A stretch of 38,259 nt of DNA from contig NC_068986.1 in assembly GCF_001194135.2 (NCBI RefSeq), positions 36,230,479-36,268,737 on the forward strand, given 5' to 3'. Below the pieces are notes generated by a model. That model was given only the letters and a program-made list of their open reading frames with translations, searched no databases and had not been told where the DNA came from. Each line of letters begins with the position of its first letter. Positions within the stretch are counted from its first letter, which is position 1. Shown here piece after piece: positions 37,025 to 38,259 of this stretch. The position numbers and the translations under genes were made by a program. The DNA is from Octopus bimaculoides. Lineage: Eukaryota.

Positions 37025-37370
37025 AAGGGAGTGGATTAGTAGAAATATTAGAGCATCAGGAAAGATGTCGACCCTTTATGTTCTGAGTTCAAATCCATCC
37101 AAAGTCAACTATATCTTTGATCTGTTTGTATCACTGTCGAAAATACGAAGTATCAATCAAGAACTGGTAAGATATAATCAACAATTATCTTCTCTTTAAA
37201 ACCTGAAGGTCTCTTGCCTGTTATATTGGCAATGAACTAAAAAATACGCTTTGCAATCATGAGGTTCCAGGTTCGATCTTATTACACGTCCCCCCAGGCA
37301 TTTGATTAATAACATTTTTGCGGGTAAAATATTTGATAAATGGAAACTGACTGTAATCCGTCATGGGTGA
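37025..37370 (+). mobile_element. Degenerate SINE family A copy followed by a family B-like head
   Basis: GTTCTGAGTTCAAATCC..AAGTCAACT; then CAATCATGAGGTTCCAGGTTCGATC..GGAAACTGA. Confidence 0.5.
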
Positions 37371-37781
37371 TCAACTTACTTAACTTGTTTTCTAGTTTTG
37401 CACTCTCTGGTCATTGAGAGGTTTTGTTGGAGTTTGATATGTTTCAGTCATTTTGATAATAATTCATCTTTGGGGTTATTTCGTTACCGTGAAATTCTAT
37501 TTCCTACAGCAGCAATCCAAGCGAGTAGGTTTCTTTCACTATCTCCTCACAATAGTCTCCATGGCCTTTCTTACTCTAAGCTATATAAAAGCGACATAAA
37601 TATTCCGTATGTTGCCTGATGACTACAATTACGAACAAAAGAAATCGATTTGTTTAACCTTTATTTCATCTAAGGTTATTTAGGACTCTGTGTTTGACAT
37701 TCGTTGGAGACGATAAGAATGCATTTCCCTGGCAGCAATATAAAGGTTAAGATTATATTAATTAAATAATTACTTGGAAAT

Positions 37782-38136
37782 TCATAGAAATTTTTTTTTT
37801 AAATGACGAAATGTGTATAGAATCGAACAGTGTATGACAAACAAATTAATTATCGGGGAAGAGAGACAGAAAAAATGAAGCCAATCACTAATTGTTAGTT
37901 CTTTCAATCTTGTCCATAAAAAAAGAATTGCGGCCTGTTGTTTATTGTCTGTAATTTTATTTCTCATCAACATCGCATCAACAGTATGTTCCGGCACCAT
38001 TAATACTGTAAAGAGGATTAGTTCTGATGCTAATAGAAGACAAATATTTGCATATGTCTCATTAAACTTCGGTATAGGCGAGCGTTTTCTTTTCCAGGAT
38101 ATCAAATGGTAGATCCTACGTAATCAATACACTTAC
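37782..38136 (-). pseudogene. Rhodopsin-family GPCR C-terminal half (TM5 end, TM6, TM7, helix 8); probable exon remnant
   Basis: LISWKRKRS (ICL3 start), ANICLLLASELILFTVLMVPEHTVDAM (TM6 with Pro), RLKELTISDWLHFFCLSSPIINLFVIHCSILYTFRHL (TM7 plus FR helix 8). Upstream acceptor-like TTTTCAG ending 38137, but two in-frame stops follow it. Confidence 0.5.
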
Positions 38137-38154
38137 CTGAAAATAGCAACGATA

Positions 38155-38203
38155 TATGCATGTATGCATGTATGTATGTATGTATGTATCTATCTCTTTC
38201 TTA

Positions 38204-38259
<56 letters not shown>
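38155..38259. repeat. (TATG)n then (CT)n microsatellite
   Basis: Direct reading. Confidence 0.95.

Noticed and set aside
37612-37650. CTGATGA followed by CTACAATTACGAAC
   Set aside because: Stem II closing pair, GAAA, NUH and stem I are all missing or broken.

Overview
AT-rich, microsatellite-dense eukaryotic scaffold segment with six N gaps. The repeat families resemble those I recall from Octopus genomes (inference, not verified by search). No intact protein-coding gene can be supported; most ORFs in the track are artefacts of dinucleotide repeats or N runs. The window holds decayed retroelements: three Penelope-like (PLE) reverse transcriptase fragments of two apparent clades, several RTE LINE remnants, one R4/Dong-like remnant, and many tRNA-derived SINEs (families A, B and C, my labels). 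Two minus-strand regions look like degraded rhodopsin-type GPCR sequence. The main signal is at 774-1248: one insertion flanked by a 12-bp target-site duplication. It joins a tRNA-derived Pol III promoter, an (AAT)n spacer and a minimal type I hammerhead ribozyme, and carries a Penelope-style inverted partial copy of its own tail. A second, unrelated hammerhead element with a variant core sits inside a (TA)n tract at 16287-16467. Together these suggest Pol III-driven or microsatellite-targeted non-autonomous ribozyme retroelements mobilised by PLE RT. All protein and RNA family assignments were made by eye.
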